Shown piece by piece: positions 1 through 9,387 of a stretch of 54,466 nucleotides of DNA. The translations under genes were made by a program, and so were the position numbers. Source of the DNA: a candidate division WOR-3 bacterium UBA2202 (lineage in GTDB: Bacteria; Hydrothermota; 32-111); NCBI GenBank assembly GCA_002327905.1, contig DCUY01000105.1:1-54466 (forward strand). Direction: 5' to 3'. The notes under the pieces were generated by a model. That model did not search any database and was not told where the DNA came from. It saw only the letters and a list, made by a program, of their open reading frames with translations. The stretch's first letter is position 1, and every line of letters starts with the position of its first letter.

Positions 1-50
1 ACTGTCAACACTTCTCGGAACGGATACATGGACATCTCTATGGCTTTCTA

Positions 51-78
51 TTGACAATTATGCTATTTACTATAAAAT
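51..78 (+). promoter_or_regulatory. candidate sigma70-type promoter upstream of the aminotransferase gene
   Basis: TTGACA at 51-56, 16-nt spacer, TAAAAT at 73-78. AAGGAG Shine-Dalgarno at 94-99 precedes the ATG at 106. Confidence 0.4.
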
Positions 79-105
79 AAAATATTATCTGATAAGGAGA
101 TTTAT

Positions 106-1290
106 ATGAAAATATCAAAAAGATTTGCGAATGTGGGAGACTCATCCACTCTCAAAATAACAGCTCTTGCAAAATCAATGAAGAGCAAAAATATTGACGT
201 AGCTATACTGGCTGCCGGCGAACCTGATTTTGACACGCCGAATGAAATCAAAGATGCGGCAATAAAGGCGATAAAAGACGGTTTCACGGGATATACTCCT
301 GTGAGGGGAATTCCTGAACTGCTTGAACTTATATGTGAAAAGTTCAAAAGGGATAATAATATTGAGTATAAAAACGAGAACATTATTGTTTCGACAGGCG
401 CGAAACAGTCAATATACAATGTTCTGCAGGCCTTGTGCGACGAAGACAGTGAAGTAATGATACTTGCTCCATTCTGGGTCTCTTATATTGAAATGATAAA
501 AATGACAGGAGCGACTCCTGTTGTAATAGACACAGCTCTTGATAATTTCAGATTGAATTTTAAGAGAATAGAAGAGAAGATTACTCCTAAAACCCGTATG
601 ATTATTATCAATTCTCCCAATAATCCCACAGGAGTAGTTTATACTGAAAAGGAGCTTAGGGATTTTGCGGATGTAGTGGTCAAGCACAACATCTACTGCA
701 TATCCGACGAAATTTACGAAAAAATTATTTATCCTCCGCATAAACACTATTCCCTTGCATCTTTCAATGAACAGATTAAAAATTTGACATTCACTGTGAA
801 CGGACTCTCCAAAACATATGCAATGACCGGATGGAGAATAGGTTTTCTCGGCGGTGAAAAAAAACTTGTCGAAAAGACACTGATGGTGCAGACCCACTCG
901 ACTTCATGCACATCTTCTATTTCTCAAAAAGCCGCAGTTGCCGCTCTCAAAACTGATGAATCAGTCGCAGGAAAAATGATTTCCGAGTTCGCAGAGAGAA
1001 GAAAATTTGTCCTTGATTTTATGAAGACAGTTGATGGAGTCGGATATATTGAACCTATGGGGGCATTTTATCTTTTCATGGATTTCAGAAAAATAATTGA
1101 AAGGAATAAGAATCTTTTCGCAGATTCCGAAGCTCTCTGCACAAAACTTCTTGAAGAGTATAATGTTGCAGTTATACCGGGAGGCGCATTCGGAGCTGAA
1201 GGGTACCTCCGTATTTCATATGCCGCTTCAAAAGAAGAGATAAAGAAAGGCCTAACGAGAATCAATGATTTCATAAAGAAACATATATGA
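106..1290 (+). CDS. PLP-dependent aspartate/aromatic aminotransferase (class I)
   Basis: 394-aa ORF with the class I aminotransferase pattern, including NSPNNPTG and the lysine motif SKTYAMTGWRIGF. Strong SD upstream. Confidence 0.85.
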   Translation: MKISKRFANVGDSSTLKITALAKSMKSKNIDVAILAAGEPDFDTPNEIKDAAIKAIKDGFTGYTPVRGIPELLELICEKFKRDNNIEYKNENIIVSTGAKQSIYNVLQALCDEDSEVMILAPFWVSYIEMIKMTGATPVVIDTALDNFRLNFKRIEEKITPKTRMIIINSPNNPTGVVYTEKELRDFADVVVKHNIYCISDEIYEKIIYPPHKHYSLASFNEQIKNLTFTVNGLSKTYAMTGWRIGFLGGEKKLVEKTLMVQTHSTSCTSSISQKAAVAALKTDESVAGKMISEFAERRKFVLDFMKTVDGVGYIEPMGAFYLFMDFRKIIERNKNLFADSEALCTKLLEEYNVAVIPGGAFGAEGYLRISYAASKEEIKKGLTRINDFIKKHI

Positions 1291-2261
1291 AGAGCAGATA
1301 TATAGACAGAGTCACTTTATTTCTAAAATCCGGAAAGGGCGGAGACGGTTCCGCTTCATTCAGAAGAGAAAAATTCGTTCCCCGCGGAGGTCCCGACGGA
1401 GGAGACGGAGGAAGAGGCGGACATGTAATTTTCAGAGTTGACAGGACTCTCTTCACAATGAATCATCTCAGGTACAAGCATCATTTCAAAGCGGAGAACG
1501 GCGGGGACGGGATGGACCAGAAAAAATTCGGCAGAGACGGGAAAGACATAATTGTAATGGTGCCTCCGGGAACAGTAGTCTTTGACAAAGAAGAGAATGA
1601 GGTGCTTGAAATACTTGACGGAGAATATATATTTTTGAAGGGCGGCAGAGGAGGCAGAGGAAATGTGCATTTTAAATCTGCAGTAAACCGCGCTCCGAGA
1701 CGCACTGAAAAAGGCCGACCTGGAGAAGAGGAAGAGGTTGTTCTTGAACTGCGGCTCATAGCTGATGTGGGTCTTGTGGGGCTCCCAAATGCAGGAAAAT
1801 CCACATTTCTCAAAGCAGTAACTCATGCAAATCCAAAGATAGCGGATTATCCTTTCACAACTCTTGAACCGAATCTCGGAATCCTCTCTGACGGCACAAA
1901 AGTAATCAGAATCGCCGATATACCCGGAATAATTGAAGGAGCATCCGAAGGAAGAGGCCTCGGCAACAGGTTTTTGAAGCACATAAGCAGAGTGAATGTC
2001 ATACTCTGCATAATTGACATAACGGATGAGAATCCCATGGACACATATAAGACACTAATAAAAGAACTGGAGAATTATGACAGAAAGCTTCTGCGAAAAA
2101 AGAGAATCGTTGTATTCAATAAAACCGACCTTCTCAATGGAGACAAACCTGTTGTAAAAAATATTAAAGAACTTGATGTTGAATATACCTTCGCATCCCT
2201 TTTAAATAATGACAACGGCGGAGTTGAGGATATTCTTTTCAGGGAGATATATGCCGTTTGA
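1287..2261 (+). CDS. obg: GTPase Obg/CgtA
   Basis: N-terminal Obg fold signature (GGDGSASFRREKFVPRGGPDGGDGGRGGHV), then G-domain motifs GLPNAGKST, DIPG and NKTD. ATGA overlap with the upstream stop. Confidence 0.93.
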   Translation: MKSRYIDRVTLFLKSGKGGDGSASFRREKFVPRGGPDGGDGGRGGHVIFRVDRTLFTMNHLRYKHHFKAENGGDGMDQKKFGRDGKDIIVMVPPGTVVFDKEENEVLEILDGEYIFLKGGRGGRGNVHFKSAVNRAPRRTEKGRPGEEEEVVLELRLIADVGLVGLPNAGKSTFLKAVTHANPKIADYPFTTLEPNLGILSDGTKVIRIADIPGIIEGASEGRGLGNRFLKHISRVNVILCIIDITDENPMDTYKTLIKELENYDRKLLRKKRIVVFNKTDLLNGDKPVVKNIKELDVEYTFASLLNNDNGGVEDILFREIYAV

Positions 2262-3183
2262 CGGTAAAGTTATAGAGATAATTGAGGAGCAATTGTCTCT
2301 TCACAGCATGAATGAAGCATTCGTAGAAAAATCTATTTATTATATGGAGAAGAATAAGGTTGATGTTATCTATTCGGAGTCCATTCCGAGGTTATCCGAG
2401 TCTAAACTTCTGCAGGACATGTATTTTGTTTTGGGCAATCAGGAACATCTTAAAAAATTCAGAATAGGAATTGTGGGAACGAGGAAACCTGATGAGTATG
2501 CGGTGCGCACCGTGACTGAAATAGTAAAAAGATATAAAAACAGAGACATTGCCACTGTGAGCGGATTTGCCGAGGGCATAGATTCTCTTGTGCATAAAGT
2601 CTCTCTTGATAATTCCATTTCCACTATTGCAGTTCTGCCATGCGGATTTTCAAATGATTATCCTGTATCCAATAAAAATTTAAAAAAAAGGATTATTGAT
2701 AACGGACTTCTTCTGACAGAGTATTCTCCATATATAAAGCCATTGAAACTGAATTTCATTCAAAGAAATCATGTGATAGCGGCTCTATCCGATATTCTAA
2801 TTATAACTCAAGGAGCTATGAAGAGCGGCACTCTGAGCACTTTTTCTCATGCTCTGAAACTCAACAAACAAATATTTGCAATACCCGGGGAGATAAGCAA
2901 CAAACTCTCATTTGCGCCAAATTATGCTATTTTCAGGGGAGCGATTCCGATATATTCAAAGGATATACTTCCCGGAATATCAATAAAAGATAAGTGCAAG
3001 ATCAAAATTACCGAAGATGAACGCAATGTCCTTGAACTTGCGAAAAAATATAAAAATATAAATGACATGGTGAATGCAAAAGAATTCCCTTATGCAGTTC
3101 TCATATCCGTTCTTACAACCCTTGAACTGAAAGGTCTTATTGTCAAAGGGTTCAACAATAAAATAAGTGTTTTGGAGGATTAA
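2251..3183 (+). CDS. dprA: DNA processing protein DprA (Smf)
   Basis: Rossmann-like DprA core (IVGTRKP...SGFAEGIDSLVHK...GTLSTFSHALKLNKQIFAIPG). Start moved to the ATG at 2251, which follows AGGGAG at 2241-2246; the ORF-track start at 2209 lies inside obg. Confidence 0.85.
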   Translation: MPFDGKVIEIIEEQLSLHSMNEAFVEKSIYYMEKNKVDVIYSESIPRLSESKLLQDMYFVLGNQEHLKKFRIGIVGTRKPDEYAVRTVTEIVKRYKNRDIATVSGFAEGIDSLVHKVSLDNSISTIAVLPCGFSNDYPVSNKNLKKRIIDNGLLLTEYSPYIKPLKLNFIQRNHVIAALSDILIITQGAMKSGTLSTFSHALKLNKQIFAIPGEISNKLSFAPNYAIFRGAIPIYSKDILPGISIKDKCKIKITEDERNVLELAKKYKNINDMVNAKEFPYAVLISVLTTLELKGLIVKGFNNKISVLED

Positions 3184-3738
3184 ATGGAAAGGATAATTCC
3201 TGAAGTTGAAGCGATATTATTTTCATCATCTGAGCCTGTAGAGAGAGAGCTTCTTATGAAGATGCTCGGTATTGACCGCACTCTTTTTCTTCAGGTGATA
3301 GAATTTTTAAAGGAAAAATACAATGTGCCTGAATCAGGCCTCATGATTATTGATGCCGCAGGCGGCTACCAGATGGTGACCAAACCGCAGTATGCTGAAA
3401 CACTTGAAAAATTCTACGGCAATAAGAAGATGTCTCGTCTGAGCACTCCGGCTCTTGAGACACTGGCAATAATCGCCTACAAACAGCCGCTTACGAAACA
3501 GGAGATTGAGGACATAAGAGGAGTCAACTGCGACGGAGTAGTTAAGACTCTTCTGGACAGAGACCTTGTGATAAGGAAGGGGAATGCAGACCTTCCCGGG
3601 AAACCGTCTCTGTACCATACAACGAAGAAGTTTCTTGCTTACTTCAAGATATCTTCGCTTAAAGAACTGCCGTCAATAGAGGATATAGCCGGTGACAATC
3701 CAAAACAGGAGAATTTGTTCAATGAAAGAGAGGATTAA
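3184..3738 (+). CDS. scpB: segregation and condensation protein B
   Basis: ScpB signature EAILFSSSEPV ... LSTPALETLAIIAYKQPLTKQEIEDIRGVNCDGVVKTLLDRDLV ... PGKPSLYHTTKKFLAYF. Confidence 0.9.
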   Translation: MERIIPEVEAILFSSSEPVERELLMKMLGIDRTLFLQVIEFLKEKYNVPESGLMIIDAAGGYQMVTKPQYAETLEKFYGNKKMSRLSTPALETLAIIAYKQPLTKQEIEDIRGVNCDGVVKTLLDRDLVIRKGNADLPGKPSLYHTTKKFLAYFKISSLKELPSIEDIAGDNPKQENLFNERED

Positions 3739-4432
3739 TAAATTCATTTCCAATCACACAGGTCTGTCAAGAAGAGCGATAGATAAGCTTATCAGAGAGA
3801 GCAGAATCTCCGTGAACGGAAGAATAGCCAAACTCGGACAAACAGTTGACGAGGAAGACAATATAGAGATTGACGGTGAAAAGGTCTCTTTTAAAAAAGC
3901 ATTTTACACTTATCTTCTGCTGAATAAGCCGAAGGGAATAATCACTACAAGGCATGATGATAAGGGAAGAGAGACTGTCATGGATTTAATTCCGAAGAAA
4001 TATAGCCACCTGAGACCGGCCGGAAGGCTTGACTGCAATACTGAAGGTCTTCTAATAATGACAGACGACGGAGACTTTATAAATCTTTTGACTCATCCCA
4101 AGAATAAAGTCAAGAAAGTTTATCATGCCCTTATATTCGGAAGAATGAAGGACGGAGAGATAGACAAAATGAAAAAGGGAATCACTGTTGACAATGACCT
4201 TCTCAAAGTTGACAAGGTTATCGAAAAGCATTTTTATGAAACAAAGGATAAGTCCGATATTGAGGTATTTATTACTCACGGGAAGAATCATGAGATAAGA
4301 AAAATATTCAAAGCAGTCGGTCATCCTGTGATTTCTCTCACAAGAGTGGCGATAGGCAATTTGAAGATATTCGGTATGAAGCCAGGGCAATTTCTGCTCT
4401 TTACCAGAGAGCAATTCAATCATGAAGCATAG
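3722..4432 (+). CDS. rluB: pseudouridine synthase, RsuA/RluB family, with N-terminal S4 domain
   Basis: S4-like N-terminus (INKFISNHTGLSRRAIDKLI), catalytic GRLDCNTEGLLIMTDDG motif, and HGKNHEIRK. The in-frame ATG at 3722 is preferred to 3692. Confidence 0.85.
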   Translation: MKERINKFISNHTGLSRRAIDKLIRESRISVNGRIAKLGQTVDEEDNIEIDGEKVSFKKAFYTYLLLNKPKGIITTRHDDKGRETVMDLIPKKYSHLRPAGRLDCNTEGLLIMTDDGDFINLLTHPKNKVKKVYHALIFGRMKDGEIDKMKKGITVDNDLLKVDKVIEKHFYETKDKSDIEVFITHGKNHEIRKIFKAVGHPVISLTRVAIGNLKIFGMKPGQFLLFTREQFNHEA

Positions 4433-6371
4433 AACAGCATTTTTCTTGTTTTTCCTTTTATTTTTCGCGACAACAGTCTTCGCGCAGGATTATGGATATC
4501 TTAAAGATCCTGAAAACAGGGATATTTCAAACAATAATTTTATTTCAGGAAAATCCGGTGAAAGTTTTTATCTGAAATTTGTTTCTTCTGAAGATACATC
4601 ATATTTTGTTTTCTGGGGCATAGGCAAAGATACCCTGCCTGTTGTCAGAGACAGTTCCGGCATTTCAAGAATTGAAATAACCCCCAAGAATCTTTCTTCA
4701 GGATCTTACCATATTGAAGTTCTATCAAAAGATAAAATTAAGAAACTTAATTTTCATATTAAAATTGAGGATAATCCGAAGGTGTGGATTGTAATTCTTG
4801 AAATGCTTTTCGGCCTCGTTCTATTTATGCTCGGTTTGAGATTCACTTCAAAAGGCGTATCGAGAATGTCCGGTTACAGATTAAAAGAAATATTGTGGAA
4901 TCTGACAGGTTCAAACCTAAAAGGATTTCTTTCCGGAGTTATTCTTACTTTGATGATGCAGTCATCGACTCTGTTTTCGGTAATGGTTGTTTCATTTGTA
5001 TCCGATGGGCTCATAACGCTTGCAGGAGCGGTTTATATGTTTGCAGGCTCGGCAATCGGCACATCGCTTATTGTTCAGCTGATTGCATTTGATATATCAT
5101 TCTTTTCGCTTATCATGATAATTGTAGGGTTTTATATAAATGATAAAATCAAGAGATTGAAATATATCGGACTCGCTATAATGGGATTCGGTTTGATTTT
5201 CTTTGCTATTCAGATGATGGCAAAGACAATGATACCCCTTCAGAACACGGAGATGTTCGCATATGCAATAAAAATCATGAATTCAAATCTTCTGCTCTTG
5301 TTTGTATTTACAACTCTATTTACCTTTCTTGTGCATTCATCGGCTGTCATTGTGGCATTTGCTATCGGATTGTACATTTCAGGGATTTCGGATTATAGGG
5401 CGATAATGGTTATGATTGCGGCATCCAACTTGGGCACTTCATTTACATCTGCATTGGCAGGCAGAAAAGGAGATTCCAAATCAAGGTATTTAGTATTCAT
5501 CAATATAACTTCAAAAATAGTCACTTCAGTCATATTCATACTTGTAATGCTGAAATATCAGGCGGTTTTATCTTCACATGTGCTTTCTGCAAGAGGCATT
5601 GCTAACTCGCATCTTGCCTTTAATCTGCTCTTTGCAATGATAATAGTCATTATGCTACCAATGATAAATTACTTTTCAAAATTTCTCAAAGCTACTTCTC
5701 TTTCCAAAGACGGAGATAAAATGCTCAGGGAGAATATTGTCAAGAATCCCACAGTCGCTCTGTCAAAGGGGCTTAGGGATATAATGGCGATGATGGAAAT
5801 AGCGGGAGGCATGCTTGAAAAATCTTTTATTGTTCTGAAAACAAATGATATAAAACTGCTTGATGAGACCATTCAGGAAGACAATAAAATCGACGAGTAT
5901 GAAAAAAATATTACAATGTTCCTTGTTTCGATTTATGAAGAAGAATCTTCGGATAAAATTTCAAGAAAGACTCAGGATCTGCTTTACATTGTAGATGAAA
6001 TAGAGCACATAGGTGATGTCATAAGCAAAAACATAATGGTGTCAATCAAAAAGCGCATTGATAATAATTATTTCTTCTCCGAAGAGGGTTTTCAAGAGAT
6101 AAAGATGTTCCATGCAGAGATTATGAAGACTTATGAAATGACTCTGACTGCATTGACTCTTTATGATGAAAAGTCTGCTGAAGAAGCAATAAAAAGAAGA
6201 GAGACCGTCCTTTCAATTCTGAACAGTCTGCACAATAATCATCTGAAGAGACTGAAAGAGGGAATGAAAGAATCTATAGAGACATCAACTCTTCATCTGG
6301 ACATTCTCAATGATTATGAGAGGATAAATTTTCATCTGTATAAAATAGCCTATAACTTAGTAAAAAAATAA
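4422..6371 (+). CDS. Na/Pi cotransporter family protein with PhoU-like C-terminal repeats and an extra N-terminal secreted domain
   Basis: 649 aa. Signal peptide (..TVFAQD) and a ~100-aa extracytoplasmic segment precede a polytopic core (LFGLVLFMLGLRFTSKGV..). The helical C-terminal half is PhoU-like (DEYEKNITMFL.., IEHIGDVISKNI..). Confidence 0.75.
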   Translation: MKHRTAFFLFFLLFFATTVFAQDYGYLKDPENRDISNNNFISGKSGESFYLKFVSSEDTSYFVFWGIGKDTLPVVRDSSGISRIEITPKNLSSGSYHIEVLSKDKIKKLNFHIKIEDNPKVWIVILEMLFGLVLFMLGLRFTSKGVSRMSGYRLKEILWNLTGSNLKGFLSGVILTLMMQSSTLFSVMVVSFVSDGLITLAGAVYMFAGSAIGTSLIVQLIAFDISFFSLIMIIVGFYINDKIKRLKYIGLAIMGFGLIFFAIQMMAKTMIPLQNTEMFAYAIKIMNSNLLLLFVFTTLFTFLVHSSAVIVAFAIGLYISGISDYRAIMVMIAASNLGTSFTSALAGRKGDSKSRYLVFINITSKIVTSVIFILVMLKYQAVLSSHVLSARGIANSHLAFNLLFAMIIVIMLPMINYFSKFLKATSLSKDGDKMLRENIVKNPTVALSKGLRDIMAMMEIAGGMLEKSFIVLKTNDIKLLDETIQEDNKIDEYEKNITMFLVSIYEEESSDKISRKTQDLLYIVDEIEHIGDVISKNIMVSIKKRIDNNYFFSEEGFQEIKMFHAEIMKTYEMTLTALTLYDEKSAEEAIKRRETVLSILNSLHNNHLKRLKEGMKESIETSTLHLDILNDYERINFHLYKIAYNLVKK

Positions 6372-6377
6372 GGAGGA

Positions 6378-6836
6378 ATGATGATAGACGGAGTGTTTGT
6401 AAAAGAACTTAAATGCAGGTGCGACGAGAGGGGAAGGGTTATGGAGCTTGTCAGAAGAGATGATAAGTCATTCACAAAATTCGGGCAGGTTTACCTGACA
6501 ACCAATTATCCGCATGTCATAAAGGCTTGGCACTGCCATAAGAAACAGATTGATTATGTGGTTTGTATAAGCGGAATGATAAAGATGGTTCTTTTTGATG
6601 CGAGAAAGGATTCTCCGACCAAAGGAAATATAGAAGAGCATTTCATCGGAGTGCATAACTACTCTATGATTAAAATTCCTTGCGGCGTGTATCATGGATG
6701 GAAATGCATCAGTGAAGAGGAGAGCATTGTAATTTCTACTATAACCGAGCCTTACGATGCAAAGAATCCGGATGAAGACCGCCTTCCTTACAATTCAAAA
6801 AAGATCCCTTACAACTGGGATATAATTTTTAAATAG
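6378..6836 (+). CDS. dTDP-4-dehydrorhamnose 3,5-epimerase-like cupin (RmlC family, short form)
   Basis: 152 aa. KAWHCHKKQIDYVVCISGMIKMVLFDARKDSPTKG matches the RmlC core pattern (H..Q.k.v.v..G...dv.vD.R..SpT.G). Confidence 0.7.
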   Translation: MMIDGVFVKELKCRCDERGRVMELVRRDDKSFTKFGQVYLTTNYPHVIKAWHCHKKQIDYVVCISGMIKMVLFDARKDSPTKGNIEEHFIGVHNYSMIKIPCGVYHGWKCISEEESIVISTITEPYDAKNPDEDRLPYNSKKIPYNWDIIFK

Positions 6837-6844
6837 GAGCTCAG

Positions 6845-8134
6845 ATGAAGATATCGGTAATAGGAACAGGTTATGTCGGACTGGTCACAGGAGTAGTATT
6901 TGCTCAGCTCGGTCATAAGGTTATTTGCATGGACAAAGACAGAGGGAAAATAGAGAATCTTAAAAAAGGCATAATGCCGATTTACGAGCCGGGATTGAAG
7001 GATATGGCAGTAAAGAATCATGATGAAGGAAGGCTTTTTTATTCTATTGACATAAAAGAGGCAGTGCAGAAATCCGATCTGATTATGATAGCTGTAGATA
7101 CAATGCCAAAAGAGAACTGGCAGACCGACCTTGGAAGCGTGAAATCCGTAGCAAAGGATATCGCCAAATATATGAACGGATACAAAATTGTCGTAAATAA
7201 ATCAACTGTACCTGTAGGGACAGGAAATTTGGTTGATAAAATCATAAAAATGAATCAAAAAAAGAAATTCAAATTTGATGTAGTCTCCAATCCTGAATTC
7301 TTAAGAGAGGGGCAGGCGATCAATGATACTCTCAGGCCAGACAGGGTTATAATAGGATCGGATAATCCTTCAGCTACCATCAAAGTGGTGCAATTATATC
7401 AGGATATGAATACCGTAATAAAAATAACAAAACTGAAGAGCGCAGAACTTATCAAATATGCATCGAATTCTTTTCTCGCAACGAAAATATCTTTTATAAA
7501 CTCAATAGCCGACATTGCCGAAATGACAGGTTCGGACGTAGATGAAATTGCTGAAGGAATAGGGCTTGACAGGAGAATAGGCCGCGAGTTTCTAAATGCA
7601 GGAATTGGATACGGCGGATCCTGCTTCCCCAAAGATGTCGGTTCGCTTATATATACAGCAAAAGAACTTGGCTACGATTTTACAATACTTAAAGAGGTGA
7701 AGAGGCTAAATGAAGATAGAATCAATAGATTCTTCAGCAGAATTAAAAAATCAACTAATCTTAAAAACAAAACAGTAAGCATACTCGGATTATCATTCAA
7801 ACCGAATACGGATGATTTAAGAGAGGCTCCTGCTCTAAAATTGATAAAACTTATTCTTGGCGAGAAGGCAAAGATCAGAGTCTATGATCCTGTTGCAATG
7901 GAAAATGCCAAAAAAATACTGAAAAATACAGTTGAATACTCCGAAGACATGAATCACTGCGTAAATAAATCCGATATAGTAATACTTGTGACCGAGTGGG
8001 ATGAATTTAAAAATGCAGACCTTAAAAGCATTAAGAGTCTTATGAAAGGTTCGTATTTCTTTGACGGAAGAAATATATATGAACCCACAATAATGAAGAA
8101 TCTGGGATTTAAATATTTTTCAGTGGGAAGGTGA
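6845..8134 (+). CDS. ugd: UDP-glucose 6-dehydrogenase
   Basis: N-terminal Rossmann motif MKISVIGTGYVGLVTG, catalytic GGSCFPKD, and the C-terminal UDP-binding domain (GLSFKPNTDDLREAP). Confidence 0.92.
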   Translation: MKISVIGTGYVGLVTGVVFAQLGHKVICMDKDRGKIENLKKGIMPIYEPGLKDMAVKNHDEGRLFYSIDIKEAVQKSDLIMIAVDTMPKENWQTDLGSVKSVAKDIAKYMNGYKIVVNKSTVPVGTGNLVDKIIKMNQKKKFKFDVVSNPEFLREGQAINDTLRPDRVIIGSDNPSATIKVVQLYQDMNTVIKITKLKSAELIKYASNSFLATKISFINSIADIAEMTGSDVDEIAEGIGLDRRIGREFLNAGIGYGGSCFPKDVGSLIYTAKELGYDFTILKEVKRLNEDRINRFFSRIKKSTNLKNKTVSILGLSFKPNTDDLREAPALKLIKLILGEKAKIRVYDPVAMENAKKILKNTVEYSEDMNHCVNKSDIVILVTEWDEFKNADLKSIKSLMKGSYFFDGRNIYEPTIMKNLGFKYFSVGR

Positions 8135-8803
8135 TTACTTCATAGAAAACGGATTGTATGATTCTTTTGAATCATAGACATCCATATTATCGGTTTTTTT
8201 CAGGTATCCGATTACTTTGTATGTGACAGGCGTCATGATTGCTTCCACAGATACTTTAAAAATATAATTTGAAATGATGATTTTCAAAAGAAGATTGCTG
8301 TTGAACATTCCTGCAAAAGCAACAATAACGAAAATGCCTGTATCAAAAATCTGTCCGATAATTGTAGAGCCTATTGTGCGTAAAAAAAGGAATTTACCTT
8401 TTGTGGTTATTTTCATTTTTGAAAGAACAAAAGAATTTGAAAATTCGCCGAACAAGTATGCGAGGAGAGACGCCAATACAATTCGGGGCGTGACGCCGAG
8501 TATTGACTGGTATGCTTCCTGAAGAGTCCAGTCAGAAGCGGATGGGAGAATCCCGACCAAATAAAAAGTGAGTGACATCAAAAGGCAGGAGATGAAACCT
8601 ATCCATATAATTCTTCTTGAATTGGCATAACCGTAAACTTCAGTCAGAATATCTCCAAAAATGTAAGTAAGTGGGAATATCAGTGTTCCTCCGTCAAAAG
8701 TCAAAGGCCCCAAAACAAGAATTTTAGTTGATACAATATTGGAAATTATCAATGCAGAGACGAAAAGCCCTGTTATAACTTCAAGATTCCTTGATTTTTG
8801 CAA
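8135..8803 (-). CDS. yhhQ: queuosine precursor transporter (YhhQ/VUT family)
   Basis: 222-aa polytopic protein with the YhhQ signature FDGGTLIFPLTYIFGDILTEVYGY. Its stop directly abuts the ugd stop (convergent pair). Confidence 0.75.
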   Translation of the reverse strand: MQKSRNLEVITGLFVSALIISNIVSTKILVLGPLTFDGGTLIFPLTYIFGDILTEVYGYANSRRIIWIGFISCLLMSLTFYLVGILPSASDWTLQEAYQSILGVTPRIVLASLLAYLFGEFSNSFVLSKMKITTKGKFLFLRTIGSTIIGQIFDTGIFVIVAFAGMFNSNLLLKIIISNYIFKVSVEAIMTPVTYKVIGYLKKTDNMDVYDSKESYNPFSMK

Positions 8804-9266
8804 GATATGCTTCCTTTACGGATTTCGCAAAATCTGAAGCATCCATATAGTCATACGGACTTGGTCTGCCTTTGTTGATTCCACCGAACAGATTTAAGAC
8901 AGAGTTGGTATAAAAACCTTTCGTTTGAAACGAACCGAGGACTATGAATCCTTTTAATGCAAGAATTTTTTCGAAATCAGTCAGATAAGAATTTTTGCAT
9001 GATCTGCTTGTACAAAAAATAAAAGCATATTTTCCCCTGACAATGTCAGGCAGTCTATCAATCAATTCAATCAATTTGCTGTGGGGTCTTCCCTTGTATA
9101 TGCCTGAACCGAATCCTATAAGATTGTACTTGTTGAAGGAAGTTATCGAAAAATCGGCAGTGCGCATTAAATCACTCTTGAGCTCGCGTGCAATAACCTG
9201 AGCAATCTTGCTTGTGTTGCCTTTTGACAAAGAAGAATACAAGAGAAGTGATTTAATTTCATTCAT
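8781..9266 (-). CDS. flavodoxin-like fold protein
   Basis: 161 aa. N-terminal SKGNTSKIAQVIA phosphate-loop-like segment and alternating beta-alpha pattern. Overlaps the yhhQ start by 23 nt. Confidence 0.5.
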   Translation of the reverse strand: MNEIKSLLLYSSLSKGNTSKIAQVIARELKSDLMRTADFSITSFNKYNLIGFGSGIYKGRPHSKLIELIDRLPDIVRGKYAFIFCTSRSCKNSYLTDFEKILALKGFIVLGSFQTKGFYTNSVLNLFGGINKGRPSPYDYMDASDFAKSVKEAYLAKIKES

Positions 9267-9387
9267 TTATATTTTATACATCAAAACAAATTGCAAGTCA
9301 ATTGAAAAATGCAAATCAAATAAAAATAGAATTTTAATTGACACAATATTACTTGACAGGAAGGAAAATATCCATATTTTATATTAC

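Noticed and set aside
1356-1982. 208-aa ORF antisense to obg, plus similar antisense ORFs at 409-897, 23373-23876, 38931-39350, 50731-51165 and 53029-53496
   Set aside because: They lie fully inside well-supported conserved genes on the other strand, have no SD or recognisable motifs, and show biased, junk-like composition.
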